In this document: positions 41,704 through 52,765 of the stretch, one piece after another
Numbering within the stretch: the stretch's first letter is position 1
Layout of the letters: every line of letters begins with the position of its first letter
Assembly (NCBI GenBank): GCA_965198115.1
Contig: OZ240241.1
Location: 7,712,001 to 7,776,000, forward strand
Reading direction: 5' to 3'
From: Candidatus Latescibacterota bacterium
Lineage (GTDB): Bacteria > Latescibacterota > UBA2968
DNA: 64,000 nucleotides
Translations under genes and position numbers: made by a program
The notes under the pieces: generated by a model
What the model was told of the DNA's origin: nothing
Seen by the model: only the letters and a program-made list of their open reading frames with translations
The model's database searches: none

Positions 41704-44700
41704 ATGGTCAAGAAAAATTCGACTCTTTCGCCGTTGGGCGACTACATCAGAAATCAAGTCATTCCGCCCGGCATGTCCGTCACCGAGGCGGCCAGAAAGC
41801 TTGGGATCGGACGACCGGCGCTCTCTAACCTCTTGAACGCCAATGCGACCCTATCGCCTGAAATGATCGTGCGTCTTGAGACGACCTTTGGCGCCGACCG
41901 CCAGAAACTGCTCGACCTTCAGGCCCGCCAGAACAAGGACCAGCGCCGCGATGCGGAGCGGGCCGTACCCGTCAGCGCCTACGTCCCGTCCTTCCTCCTC
42001 ATCAAGGCCCGCCAGATCGAAGACTGGGCCGACAAGGATCTCGACGCGCGCAGTCACCTGGCTGTCCTCCTGCGCAAGCTCGTTCATTCGACAGGCCGCG
42101 AACTTTGCCAGGTTGATTTTCCGGGATACGACAACGCGCAGCGCAAAGGATGGGATGGCCAGGTCGAAGCCGTCGCCGCCACGGCCTGGATACCCGAAGG
42201 GCTCTCGGGCTGGGAATTCGGCACAACCGCTGACCCGGAGAAGAAGGCCAACGTGGACTATGCGGGGCGCATCAAGGCCGTGCCGCAGCCTGAGGAGCGG
42301 GCCCAGATTACCCTCGTGTTCGTGACGCCGCGCAACTGGCCGGGAAAGACGAGGTGGGCCAAAGACAAGAACGCTGCCCGCGAGTGGAAAACCATCCGGG
42401 CATACGACGCCTCTGATCTCGAACAGTGGCTCGAGGCCTCCGTCTCCGCCCAAGTCTGGCTCGCAGAGAAGTTGACTATTCAAACCGAAGGCTTCAAGAC
42501 GCTGGAGCAGTGCTGGCGGGAATGGGCGTCTGCGAGCCAGCCGCCGATGAGCCCGGAGATCTTCGCGCCGTCGATCGCCGCTTACACCGATACGCTCAAG
42601 CGCTGGCTCACGCAGCCGCCGGAGCGCCCCTTCGTCGTCGCTGCGGACTCACGGGATGAGGCGCTCGCGTTCCTCGCGCGCGTGTTCCTCCAGGACGCTA
42701 TTCCCAGGCTCACGGAAGATCTCCCGGTCGTCTTCGACTCACCGTCGACACTGAAGAAGCTCGTGTCCTCGTCCGCACCCTTCATTCCGATCGTCAGCAC
42801 CGACGAAGCGGAGCGGGAACTCGCCACAGCCTACCGGCGTCTGCATTGCATTGTTGTGCGGCCGCGCAACGCCATCAACTCCGAGCCAGACATCGCGCTT
42901 GACCTTCTCCGCCACGAACCCTTCGAAAAGGCCCTGACCTCGATGAGTATCCAGGGCGACCGCATCGACCAGCTGAGGCGCGAATCAGGCTACTCGCCCA
43001 CGATTCTGCGCCGGCGTCTCTCAGAGATCGACGCCATCCGGACACCGACCTGGGCAAAGGACGTCGACACCGCAAGGGCGTTGATTCCGATGGCATTGAT
43101 CGGCGCGTGGCACGCGCGCTCAGATGCTGACTGCGAGATCCTGTCGCGGTTGGGCGAGCGTCCCTATCCTCAAATCGAAGAGGCCGTCGCGCGACTGCGT
43201 ACCGTTGACGACAGCCCTGTCTGGTCCGTGGACCAGTACCGCGGCGTCGCATCCAAGATCGATGCGTTGTTCGCCGTCAATGGCTTCGTCACGGAGAGGG
43301 ATCTCTCGAACTTCTTTGAGCTGGCAATGTACGTCCTTTCCGAAACGGACCCCGCCCTGGAGTTGCCCGTAGACCAGCAGTGGATGGCGGGAGTCTACGG
43401 CAAGATCCGCAACCATTCCTCGGCGCTGCGCCAGGGCGTCTGCGAGACGCTCGTCATTCTCGCCGTGCATGGCAACAACCTGTTCCGCGCACGGCTTGGC
43501 GTCGATGTGGAGTTGCGCATCTCAACGCTGATCCACGACCTCCTCACGCCGCTGACCCTTGAGAAGCTCCTCTCACAGGACGACGACCTCCCGCGGTACG
43601 CTGAGGCTGCCCCCGACACGGTTCTGACGATTCTGGAAGCCGACCTGCGTCAACCGGAACCGGTCGTGCTCGGCCTCCTGAAACCAGTGGAGTCTGGCCC
43701 CTTCGGACGCTGCCTGCGCACCGGCCTTCTCTGGGCGCTCGAGGTTCTCGCTTGGAAGCCGGACAACCTCTCACGCGTGAGCGGCGTGCTTGCCCAGCTT
43801 TCGCGAACGGCTGTCAATGACAACTGGATGAACAAACCCATCGCCAGTCTCGAGGCGATCTACTGCTGTTGCATGCCGCAAACAGCGGCGTCGCTGGACA
43901 CCCGCATCAAAGCCCTGGAAGCGCTTGCCAAGAACTTTCCAGACATTGGCTGGCAGATCTGCATCGACCAGTTCTCACCGGGCTCCCGGATTGGAAGTGA
44001 CAGCTACCGCCCTCACTGGCGAAACGACGCCTCCGGTGCTGGACAAGTACTCACGCGTGGCGAGATTCACGCATTTGCCCGAAAGGCACTCGATCTTGCC
44101 ATCGCATGGCCTCACCATGATGGCCAGACGCTTGGCGATCTCGTCGAGCGTCTGGACGGCATGATGGAAGAAGATCAGCAGGCTGTCTGGGATCTGATCG
44201 ACAGTTGGTCTGAAACCCAGACCGATGAACAGGCCAAGGCGACGCTGCGCGAGCGCATCCGCCGCTTCGCCTTCACCCGTCGCGGACGCAAACAGGGCCT
44301 CAACAAGGCGACCCGTGACCGCGCACGTGAGGTGAGCGCGGGGCTCACTCCGCATGATCCAATCACACGACACGGCTGGCTCTTCGCCAAGCACTGGGTG
44401 GAGGAGTCGGCCGAGGAAATCGAAGACGACGACCTCGACTATTCCAAGCGCGGTGAACGCCTCAATCAGCAGCGGCTGGTCGCCATGAAGGAAATCTGGG
44501 CCGATCGCGGTTTCGAGGGAACGATGGCGCTCCTGCAGGTCAGTGAGCCAGAGATCGTTGGTCAGTACACGGGGCTATGCGTCACTGATCCGGCACAAGC
44601 TGCGGAACTGATCGTCTCGCTCCTCGCCGTCCCCGCCGATCCGGAAGGCAGGGCCGACGGATACCTGCAGGGATTCCTGCACGCGGTAGAGCCGCACGTC

Positions 44701-45774
44701 CAACCGGTCATTTTGACGACCATCGCCAGCGCCGCCGATACCGAGACCGCCGCCAGGCTCTTCCGCTGCGCGCCCTTCGGCGACGCGACATGGCGCTTGC
44801 TCGACGCTCAGGCGCCGCAGATCAGGCAACTCTACTGGCGTGAGGTGATGCCTCAGTGGCACCGCTTCACCGAGACCGAATTGAATGAGGTGATTGATTG
44901 CCTGCTCGAAGTCCAGCGGCCGCGCGTGGCGTTTGACGCCGTCCACATGGACTTTAGGAGGATCGAAACATCACGCCTCAAGCGGCTCATGACGGCGCTG
45001 CCGCGCGGCACCGAGCCGGAAGGCACGTTTCGTCTCGAGAGCTACCACATCGCCGAAGCGCTCAAAGAACTGGACGGGCGAGCCGATGTTACTTACGAAG
45101 AAATGGCTCAGTTTGAGTTCTTGTACCTCCGCGCACTCGACCACAGCGGGCACGGCATCCCAAACCTCGAGCGACAGATGGCAGAGTCGCCCGCCCTGTT
45201 TGTGCAGGCTGTCACGCTGGCCTACAAACGCAGCGACGACGGACAGGACCCGCCAGGCTGGAGACCAGACGATCCAGAGCAGCGTGCCGCCGGCGCGCTG
45301 TCCGCTCACCATCTCCTGGAGAAGATGCAGCGCATTCCGGGGAGCAAGAACGACGTGATTGATGCGGACGCGTTGCGCAAGTGGCTCACGGAAGCCCGCC
45401 GCCTCTGCGCGGAACATGCCCGTGCCGACATCGGCGACCAACGAATCGGCCAGCTCCTGGCGCAGGCGCCGCCGGAGCCGAATAGCAGCCTCTGGCCGTG
45501 TCGCGCAGTATGCGAGGCTATGGAAGCTGTGGCATCCGAACACGTCGGCAGGGGCTTCCATATCGGCGTCTACAACAGCCGCGGCGTCTATTGCCGCGGC
45601 GAGGGCGGCGATCAAGAGCGCGAACTCGCGGTCAAATACAAAAAGTGGGCGCAGGAGACGGCTCCTGACTGCTCGTTCGTCAGCAGCGTCCTCGCCAGCC
45701 TCGCATCCTCCTACGAACGGGACGCGGAACGTGAAGATTCGGAAGCTCGCGTGAATAGACGCCTCAGGCATTAG
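41704..45774 (+). CDS. 1356-aa protein: HigA-type HTH fused to a putative nuclease-like domain and a large helical region
   Basis: MSVTEAARKLGIGRPALSNLLNANATLSPEMIVRLETTFG; GWDG..WIPEGLSGWEFG; intact ORF. Confidence 0.85.
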   Translation: MVKKNSTLSPLGDYIRNQVIPPGMSVTEAARKLGIGRPALSNLLNANATLSPEMIVRLETTFGADRQKLLDLQARQNKDQRRDAERAVPVSAYVPSFLLIKARQIEDWADKDLDARSHLAVLLRKLVHSTGRELCQVDFPGYDNAQRKGWDGQVEAVAATAWIPEGLSGWEFGTTADPEKKANVDYAGRIKAVPQPEERAQITLVFVTPRNWPGKTRWAKDKNAAREWKTIRAYDASDLEQWLEASVSAQVWLAEKLTIQTEGFKTLEQCWREWASASQPPMSPEIFAPSIAAYTDTLKRWLTQPPERPFVVAADSRDEALAFLARVFLQDAIPRLTEDLPVVFDSPSTLKKLVSSSAPFIPIVSTDEAERELATAYRRLHCIVVRPRNAINSEPDIALDLLRHEPFEKALTSMSIQGDRIDQLRRESGYSPTILRRRLSEIDAIRTPTWAKDVDTARALIPMALIGAWHARSDADCEILSRLGERPYPQIEEAVARLRTVDDSPVWSVDQYRGVASKIDALFAVNGFVTERDLSNFFELAMYVLSETDPALELPVDQQWMAGVYGKIRNHSSALRQGVCETLVILAVHGNNLFRARLGVDVELRISTLIHDLLTPLTLEKLLSQDDDLPRYAEAAPDTVLTILEADLRQPEPVVLGLLKPVESGPFGRCLRTGLLWALEVLAWKPDNLSRVSGVLAQLSRTAVNDNWMNKPIASLEAIYCCCMPQTAASLDTRIKALEALAKNFPDIGWQICIDQFSPGSRIGSDSYRPHWRNDASGAGQVLTRGEIHAFARKALDLAIAWPHHDGQTLGDLVERLDGMMEEDQQAVWDLIDSWSETQTDEQAKATLRERIRRFAFTRRGRKQGLNKATRDRAREVSAGLTPHDPITRHGWLFAKHWVEESAEEIEDDDLDYSKRGERLNQQRLVAMKEIWADRGFEGTMALLQVSEPEIVGQYTGLCVTDPAQAAELIVSLLAVPADPEGRADGYLQGFLHAVEPHVQPVILTTIASAADTETAARLFRCAPFGDATWRLLDAQAPQIRQLYWREVMPQWHRFTETELNEVIDCLLEVQRPRVAFDAVHMDFRRIETSRLKRLMTALPRGTEPEGTFRLESYHIAEALKELDGRADVTYEEMAQFEFLYLRALDHSGHGIPNLERQMAESPALFVQAVTLAYKRSDDGQDPPGWRPDDPEQRAAGALSAHHLLEKMQRIPGSKNDVIDADALRKWLTEARRLCAEHARADIGDQRIGQLLAQAPPEPNSSLWPCRAVCEAMEAVASEHVGRGFHIGVYNSRGVYCRGEGGDQERELAVKYKKWAQETAPDCSFVSSVLASLASSYERDAEREDSEARVNRRLRH

Positions 45775-47402
45775 CCTGAATCATGCATGAATTTGAGTTT
45801 AGGTTGTTTTGGAGTGATGTGATCACGCACAGGATTTGTTCTCGGCTTCTTCGGATGTCCAAGGTCCCGTAAGCGGTCTCTACGAGTCGCAAGAGTCACG
45901 ATTTTCGTCCGGAACAGGTGTTGTTTTGCGACGTGTACATAGCTGTCCCCGGTATAGATCGGCGTTGTTACTGCGTGTTCGTTTCGAGCCTGGTGATGAT
46001 TGACACCAAGACGTTTTTGAGTGGATACGATGTTGGAAAATGGAATCGGATTCTTCGTGCGCTTTCAATGACTCTCGCGCCGATTTTGAGGAAACGGTTC
46101 TGTATCGTGTTGACCTGAGGTTTGGTCCACGCGGTGCCCTTGAGTCCCTGTGATCGGAGTGCGTGAAGCAAGGCGTATGCAGCACTGTGTAGAAAGAGTC
46201 GGAACTGGTTGGCTTCAAACTTGTGGCACGATGTTCGATCGGAGTGAAGGAATGTTTGTGGTCCTTGATGAAGCCTTCCGTGCGTCCCCTTGCGCAGTAG
46301 ATACGATCATAGATAAAGCCGTCTCGATTACTCTGTAAATTGGTCACGCGGTATCTTGGATTTGCTTCGCCGTTTGTGACTTCAGCCTTGTGAATGATCC
46401 GGCGAGGCTGCCGGTAGGTGCCAGCCTGATATGAGAAGGATGAGAACAAGCGAATCGTCTCCTTATGCTCGCTCAGACGTAGCGCTTGGTCCATCAGGTT
46501 TTGTCCAGCCGCTTTGAGCTTGGAGTTGGCGCCCTGGCCCAGAACGTAGTAGATACCGTTGTCTTCGCAGAAATCGTGCATCTCTGGTGAGCTGAACTTT
46601 GAGTCTGCGCGAACGATGATCTCCACGTTTGGCCAAGATCCGCGTAGGTGTTCCACCAAGCGCTTGAGAATAGAAACGACCTGTTTACCGTTCGTCGGAT
46701 GCCCGGGTCTCAAGATCGTCGTAATGAGCTTGCCGCTTTGGCCTTCATAGATATGTAGCGGCATATAGCAGTGTTCATTGTAATACGCGTTGAAGAGTGA
46801 AAATTGTTGCGCACCGTGCGTTGGGTCATCCGTGTCGTCGATATCGAGAATGATGCTTGGGGGTGCCTGGTCATACGATGCGATGAACCCGTCTACAAAA
46901 GCCCGTGCGAGCCGATACAAATCCGAGCGTCGCACATCATTCTCAAGTCGTGTCATCGTTGATTGGCTCCCGAGATCAGGACCGGAAAGAGGAAGCCGAT
47001 CGCAGGCAGCCTTGACGCCCGGATCGTGGCGCAAATCATCACAATCGACGGCATCTTCATAGCCGCAAGCGATCTGAAAAACACGCTGCTTCACAAGATC
47101 CAAAAGCGTGTGATCGATATAGCTTGGGTGACGACGATCTCGCAAAGCATCTACCATTCTGGCGATCAATCCCATCTGAGACTCAAGGGCGCGAAGCAAC
47201 AGAACTCCACCGTCACTCCTGACGGCGCCACCGGCAAAATCAGCCTCAACTACCTTGCCCGAAATGCTTGCGAATGGTAACCGGATCTGACTAGGTTCTA
47301 TCACGGTAGTTCCTTCCAAGTGTTGTTTTGATGTGTCAGCCCTAATGTAGGGAAAAACAAACACTTGTACAAGGGGGCTACCTCTTTTATGCATAATTCA
47401 GG
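45775..47402 (-). mobile_element. IS1380-family element (1628 bp), TSD TTAG; transposase with a 1-bp deletion near 46255
   Basis: IRs CCTGAATCATGCAT / CCTGAATTATGCAT; SDGGVLLL, GYEDAVDCDDLRHDP, LDIDDTDDPTHGAQQ, VRADS; ACAAAC here vs ACAAAAC in the 5.6-kb copy. Confidence 0.93.
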
Positions 47403-47635
47403 TTAGTCTCTGAGATGAGCGGTGCCGTATCGTACGAGACCCGAATGGCCTCGGCTTGCACGAGCAATGTGTTCAGATACGTATCGCCGCGCTTGGTGCT
47501 TCGACGGCTGTGCGCCGACTACACAGCGCCGAACGTATGCAAGCTTGACAGTTACCTCACGAAGCTGGTGAGGTAGCTCGACCAATGGTCAAGGAGGGCA
47601 AGATGAGATCGAGGTTCTGGCTACTCACGTGAGCG

Positions 47636-47968
47636 ATGATGACGAGTCCTGCTTATACAATTGCGCAGGAGACGGCTGCCGAGCAGGAAGCCTGCGCGAC
47701 GTGTGCAGGATGTGGAGGGAGACTACTGGCGTTTCTCGTGGTCTGGACCATCCTCAACATCGTACTGCTTGTGTGGGTCGCCCGAGATGCGAAGGCCCGG
47801 AGCATGGACAGTGCGGTCCTGTGGATGATCCTGGTGATGGTGACAGGTCTGATCGGCCTGATTCTTTACCTATTCTCCCGTCCAAAGGGGAATCTCGACA
47901 GGTGCCGACACTGCAGAAACAAACGCCTACGAGCGAGCGCCATCTGTCCGCACTGCGGTAACCAATGA
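47636..47968 (+). CDS. Small membrane protein with C-terminal zinc ribbon
   Basis: WVARDAKARSMD..W..GLILYLFSRP; CRHC..CPHC. Confidence 0.8.
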   Translation: MMTSPAYTIAQETAAEQEACATCAGCGGRLLAFLVVWTILNIVLLVWVARDAKARSMDSAVLWMILVMVTGLIGLILYLFSRPKGNLDRCRHCRNKRLRASAICPHCGNQ

Positions 47969-48252
47969 TTCTGCCAAAAGTCTGTCTCGGGGTGGTGGAC
48001 CTCATCCTCGTCCTGGTGGTTCTTGACGCCACCCGCGATCCAACCCGTCAGATTTCCTCCCAGCTCTACACAGCCGCCGTTCGCTACGGCTACCAACCCC
48101 TCTCGTCTCGCCTTCTCAGAGGCAACGTGCAGTGTCGTTATGTTCCCTCCTGCTCCCACTACTCGATCGAAGCTGTGAGGCCGGGGCTGTCGTACCGCCT
48201 TGATAGCGCATACTTCCGGTTGGCTTGGCCTGAACCCCTCCCCAAGCCATAG
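47965..48252 (+). CDS. YidD-like membrane protein insertion factor, C-terminus probably degraded
   Basis: CRYVPSCSHYSIEAV; lacks the usual RCxP tail. Confidence 0.6.
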   Translation: MILPKVCLGVVDLILVLVVLDATRDPTRQISSQLYTAAVRYGYQPLSSRLLRGNVQCRYVPSCSHYSIEAVRPGLSYRLDSAYFRLAWPEPLPKP

Positions 48253-48275
48253 CCAAGGTAATGGAGGCCCGAAGA

Positions 48276-49940
48276 ATGACCGCGAAGCTCGAACTTCGAA
48301 TACCGCCATCATCATCGCGCCACCTGCTCAAGGCCCTACGTCTTGCGCGGACCTTCGAAGATTTCAGAGAACCCAGGGGACGGTCCGACTCCTACACGAT
48401 CCGCGTGGGGCAGGACGAACTACGCATCCGGTACAAAGCCGTCGAGCGACTCTACCGCATGACCCGCGGCTGGAGGGGCACAGAGCTACGGGTAGCAGGT
48501 AAACCGGCAGACCTGAAGGCGATGAACGCTATCGTGAGCGTCTTCCGGTGTGCGGAACATCGGGACCTCACGGCTATTCCAGATGCCTACTGCCAGCCAG
48601 GCGAAGAAGGCTGGGGATGCAAGCACCTGGACCAGATTCGCGCTGACCTGCCTGTGGTCGTGTGGCAGCTGGACCAGACAAACTACGCCTTCTGGTTCCA
48701 GTTTGGAGAGTTCACTCAGGACGGCAAGACGTGGAAAGTTGACAAGCCCGCCCTTCGCAAGGCGTTGATGCGGGAGGCATCTGCCAAGCATCTCACGATG
48801 TGTCCGTTCTTCAGCCGGGACCGGATCAAGCAGCGGGTGGCCGCTCTGCCTGCAAATCTGGAACTGGGGGAAGGATCAGCCTGGGCCCCCCGATGCAAGA
48901 CCGACATGACCGGAGCGGGGCAACGGCAGCCGTTCGGTATTCAGCCTCGGGAGCTGGACCGGGACGATCCTCTGTCCTTATCTGTATCCGTTGATCCAGA
49001 GCCCGACGGAACACCGAAACAGGAGCGGCAGATCCCCGTTGTCTCCTTCCAGGACATTGGTGGGATGGACGAGGTCGTGACTAAGGTCCGAGAAGTCGTC
49101 GAGCTGCCCATTCGGCATCCTGAGCTGATGAAGCACCTGGGGATCACACCGCACAAGGGTGTCATCCTCTACGGGCCGCCTGGTTGCGGAAAGACGTTGT
49201 TGGCCAAGGCCATCGCCAACGAGGTGAACGCCCATTTTGCCTCGGTGAAGGGACCCGAACTCTACAGCAAGTGGGTGGGAGAGTCCGAAGAACGGCTTCG
49301 CGCGCTCTTTGACCACGCGCGTGAGTTCGCTCCCTCCATCGTCTTCTTCGACGAAATCGACGCCATTGCCTCCCGGCGCTCGGGGAACGATGCTAATCGG
49401 CATAGCGCCGCCTTCCTCAACCAGCTCCTGACCCTGATGGATGGTGTGGAGACCTATACGAACGTGTTCATCCTCGGAGCTACAAATCGGCTGGAGCTAT
49501 TGGATGAAGCCATCCTGCGTCCCGGGCGGTTCGACTACGCGCTGGAGGTGAAGAGACCCTCCCCGGAGGGCTGCCGTAAAATTCTGGGGATCCACACGCA
49601 CCGTATGCCACTCGGCGCTGGCGTGGACTTAGATGCGATCGCAGCGGAGTTGGAAGGCCGCACTGGAGCTGAAATCGCCTATGTCGCACGGGAGGCCGCC
49701 TACAATTGCCTGCGGCGGCGTGTCCAAATCGAAGACCTGGTAGGGGAAGGAGGTCCAGAGGTCGACTTCTCGGACTTCGAGGTCTCTGAACAGGATTTCA
49801 TGACGGCGGTTCAAGGCGCTTCCACTGGACGGTCGGGAACTCGGGCATCGGAGCAGAACGGAAAGCCGGGCGTTCCGATAAGCACCGATCCAAAACCACT
49901 ACCCAAAACACCCAAAAAGACGCTTGGAAAGGAGGATTGA
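48276..49940 (+). CDS. CDC48/PAN-like AAA+ ATPase (single module) with an unrecognised Cys-containing N-terminal domain
   Basis: [48 protein letters not shown]; the extreme C-terminus probably derives from an IS21 end. Confidence 0.9.
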   Translation: MTAKLELRIPPSSSRHLLKALRLARTFEDFREPRGRSDSYTIRVGQDELRIRYKAVERLYRMTRGWRGTELRVAGKPADLKAMNAIVSVFRCAEHRDLTAIPDAYCQPGEEGWGCKHLDQIRADLPVVVWQLDQTNYAFWFQFGEFTQDGKTWKVDKPALRKALMREASAKHLTMCPFFSRDRIKQRVAALPANLELGEGSAWAPRCKTDMTGAGQRQPFGIQPRELDRDDPLSLSVSVDPEPDGTPKQERQIPVVSFQDIGGMDEVVTKVREVVELPIRHPELMKHLGITPHKGVILYGPPGCGKTLLAKAIANEVNAHFASVKGPELYSKWVGESEERLRALFDHAREFAPSIVFFDEIDAIASRRSGNDANRHSAAFLNQLLTLMDGVETYTNVFILGATNRLELLDEAILRPGRFDYALEVKRPSPEGCRKILGIHTHRMPLGAGVDLDAIAAELEGRTGAEIAYVAREAAYNCLRRRVQIEDLVGEGGPEVDFSDFEVSEQDFMTAVQGASTGRSGTRASEQNGKPGVPISTDPKPLPKTPKKTLGKED

Positions 49941-50005
49941 AAACCCTAAATACACACCCGTCCGAGACCCTGAAATCGCCGCACCTAAGTGGCTCCATTA
50001 GGCCG
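49939..50005. mobile_element. IS21 subterminal scrap; longer copy with terminal TGACA at 57088-57189
   Basis: Shared GAAAACCCTAAATACACACCC..GTGGCTCCATTAGGCCG; internal CATTAGG repeats. Confidence 0.7.
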
Positions 50006-50035
50006 CCTGGCAAGGTCAGGTGGTCGATGTTGGAG

Positions 50036-50131
50036 GTGTCGCCGGGGTTGACGCTCCGGCCTTCGTTGAGCGTGGGCTCGTCGCCTTCAAGCGGCGTTCA
50101 TCGCTACGTGTGTCGCCGGGGTTGACGCTCC
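50036..50131 (+). CRISPR. Orphan CRISPR fragment: one 37-bp repeat, 37-bp spacer, 22-bp partial repeat
   Basis: GTGTCGCCGGGGTTGACGCTCCGGCCTTCGTTGAGCG with GCCGG/CCGGC hairpin; first 22 nt recur exactly at 50110; no cas genes in the window. Confidence 0.75.
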
Positions 50132-50149
50132 TTTTTTGTTTAACGACCC

Positions 50150-50450
50150 GGGGGTCGGATACGTTGACTACGTGCTGTGGGGCGACGATGGCAAGCCGCT
50201 CGCCGTGGTGGAGGCAAAGAAGACAACTGTCGAACCGGCTGTCGGTCAGCAGCAGGCGAAGCTTTACGCCGACTGTCTGGAACAGATGCACTGACAGCGG
50301 CTGTCATCTTCTACACCAACGGCTACGAGACGTGGCTTTGGGATGACACCGCCTATCCACCTCGTAGGGTTGCTGGATTCTACAAGAGGGATGAACTGTC
50401 CAGCCTGATCGTGCGGCGTTCACAGCGGCAGTCCCTCGACGTTGCGGCGC
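50150..50450 (+). pseudogene. hsdR: Type I restriction subunit R (EcoKI-like) nuclease-domain scrap
   Basis: [59 protein letters not shown]. Confidence 0.8.
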
Positions 50451-51000
50451 GAGGAACTTGCCGCGAAAGAGCACAACGAACAGAATGCTCGGCAGAGAGC
50501 CTGACCAAACTACGGGGCCCGATGAGTTTCAACCGACTATGGGACTTGACCGCCCGAAGTGCGGGCATGATCTTACGAAACTTGTCTGTGAGATGAAGGA
50601 CAAGAGAGAACTCATCTGTCCGGGTTGCGGAAGCATCGGATCGGTGATATTCCAGGACTCCACCGGGGCCACCAGCAAGAGCGCGTCGGAGGTCGCAGAC
50701 GACATTCTCGGGAAGCTTGACGCTATCGTTAGACGGAAGAATGGGGCGATCTCAGCTCTTCAACTTCCGCATCAGGAAAAACGGTAATGGACAGTGTGAA
50801 ATCAGACATCAATAACTCGGTGGTCATCGTTGAGCCTCGGTATGTTATGTTTTTAGCCATCTTGTTCCTCCCGAGCCCGAAATGACCGGGAGGCTTCTAT
50901 AGGATTGTATATAATCCCCCCCAAGAGTCAAATTCATGAAGGAGAGTCCGCATGCAGTGCATTTGTCCCGTCAAGGATTGCGGTGCGGTAATCCAATTAA

Positions 51001-51507
51001 ATGGTTTTAGATTCAAATAAAGTAGATATTGAAAAGTTAAGAAAGCTTTATCGCGAAGATGATTCAGCAAGAGCGGTCTTGGATCATTTTGCGAGCCGCG
51101 AAAGGAATTGGGGAACGACAACCATCGACCGAATTCACTGGAATCTCTTGAACGAGGGTCAAAATGTTTATCGGGGAGACGTCATCAGGGTGTTTCGGAA
51201 GTTGGAAGATTGCGGTTGCGGAAGTTTCACGGTTGGGAGAAAAGGGTGGACGTCACGCTTTGAATGGGATGTTCAGATGGTTGGAGTTGGGCAGGCAGCA
51301 GCTGGTGAAACTGAACAAGTCGAAGAAGTATCTCAGGAGGAAAAGGGAGAAGAAAACGGAGGTAATAGCCTCTTCAAGCACACATTTCGCCTACGACGAT
51401 CCGATCAGTCCGTTACTGTTGAACTCCCAGTAGACTTAACGGCGCAAGAAGCTGCGCGGATGGCCCGTTTCATCGAGACCCTGCCGTTTCAAGGCGATGC
51501 GAATTGA
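51001..51507 (+). CDS. Hypothetical protein, possible winged helix
   Basis: 168-aa low-GC ORF; VIRVFRKLEDCGCGSFTVGRKGWTSRFEW. Confidence 0.65.
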   Translation: MVLDSNKVDIEKLRKLYREDDSARAVLDHFASRERNWGTTTIDRIHWNLLNEGQNVYRGDVIRVFRKLEDCGCGSFTVGRKGWTSRFEWDVQMVGVGQAAAGETEQVEEVSQEEKGEENGGNSLFKHTFRLRRSDQSVTVELPVDLTAQEAARMARFIETLPFQGDAN

Positions 51508-51566
51508 CCGAGCCAGCTAACTAACACCGCACCCAAAAAAACGGGTTAATAGCTTTTCGGATCGGA

Positions 51567-51875
51567 GTGGGAAGGAATATGGAAGAAAGTAGGGTTACTA
51601 CCATGAGTTCCAAGAATCGGATGGTAGCTTTGCTCCTTGCTTTCCTATTTGGGGGATTTGGAGGCCATCGCTTCTATGCAGGAAAGACGAAGACTGCGAT
51701 CATTCAACTTCTCACTCTTGGGGGCCTAGGATTTTGGACATTGGTCGACTTCGTCATGATCCTGTGCGGCGAATTCACAGACGCAGATGGAAAGAGGATT
51801 GGAGATTGGAGCCCGGGGCGTAACGGCGCTTTTTCGAAATTCCTCAAAGAGTCATTGGGGGCTTTTCGCGCCTGA
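51567..51875 (+). CDS. TM2 domain protein
   Basis: KNRMVALLLAFLFGGFGGHRFYAGK..TLGGLGFWTLVD. Confidence 0.88.
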   Translation: MGRNMEESRVTTMSSKNRMVALLLAFLFGGFGGHRFYAGKTKTAIIQLLTLGGLGFWTLVDFVMILCGEFTDADGKRIGDWSPGRNGAFSKFLKESLGAFRA

Positions 51876-52491
51876 GAGGAACGTGAGACGCGTGAATATG
51901 CAGAAGTAGCGGAGTTGGTCGCAGAATACCACTCCTCTGAGGAATTCAGGCGGACAAAGACCAACAAATCAAGCAACTAATATATTCGGCTATATCTGGA
52001 TCTCTCAACGAGATGAAGTGGGTGAAGGTGCCGTGGTTCCTGGCATGGGGGCGCGGTTAGAGTGTGCGGAACCTCTTCGGAATCTGCTCAGGGATGTTTA
52101 TGTCTCCGACGGTAAGGAAGATCATATCGTTGAATGCGTCGAGTGTGCGGAATCCGCTGGCTCGGTTCTTGACGATTTGGACGATTCGGTTGAGGCCTTC
52201 GGCGATGGCGTTGGTAAGACGCGTGTTCACGAATGCGAGGACGCCGAAGAAGTGCTGTCGCAGGGTCCTGACGAACTTTCGCAGGGGTTCAAGTCGACTT
52301 CTGAGTGCGGACGTCGTCCAGCATTTCAGGAAGCGTTCGGCAGCCCAGGGCGCTTTGTATTCCCAGAACTGCTCGAACTCGTCCTTGAGTCTCCAGGCTC
52401 TATAGATTCGGTAGTTCGCCTTCTCCAGTGCTTTGAGTGTCCGAGTATCCCCTCTGGAGCGTTATCTCCCCGATAGCCAGGAGGAAGGGGC

Positions 52492-52765
52492 ATGGCCAAT
52501 CGGAGGTTCGAGATGTATCAGTATCGCCAAGTGCTTGTCCGTATGCGGCTGGGTGAGTCCAGCCGCGCCATTGCCAGATCTGGTCTGATGGGGCGCACGA
52601 AGGTCGAAGTGCTCCGTGAGATTGCTGGTGACCAGGGGTGGTTGGACCCTGACCGTCCTCTGCCCGACGACGGAACGCTGGCCTCAGCGTTGCGATGTCC
52701 TTCAGCCCGGCCTCAGATGACATCCTCCGTCCTTCCCCACCAGGAGGAAGTTCGCAACTGGTGGG
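52492..52765 (+). pseudogene. istA: IS21 IstA N-terminal fragment
   Basis: MANRRFEMYQYRQVLVRMRLGESSRAIARSGLMGR; AGGAGG RBS. Confidence 0.7.

Noticed and set aside
45880-46250. Extended C-terminus of the IS1380 transposase
   Set aside because: Product of a 1-bp deletion; the true tail is in the 45968..46171 frame
51508-51560. attC site between the hypothetical and TM2 genes
   Set aside because: TAAC and GTT present but no L boxes or extended pairing
52018-52476. 152-aa ORF upstream of istA
   Set aside because: Composition typical of a non-coding or shadow frame; no motif
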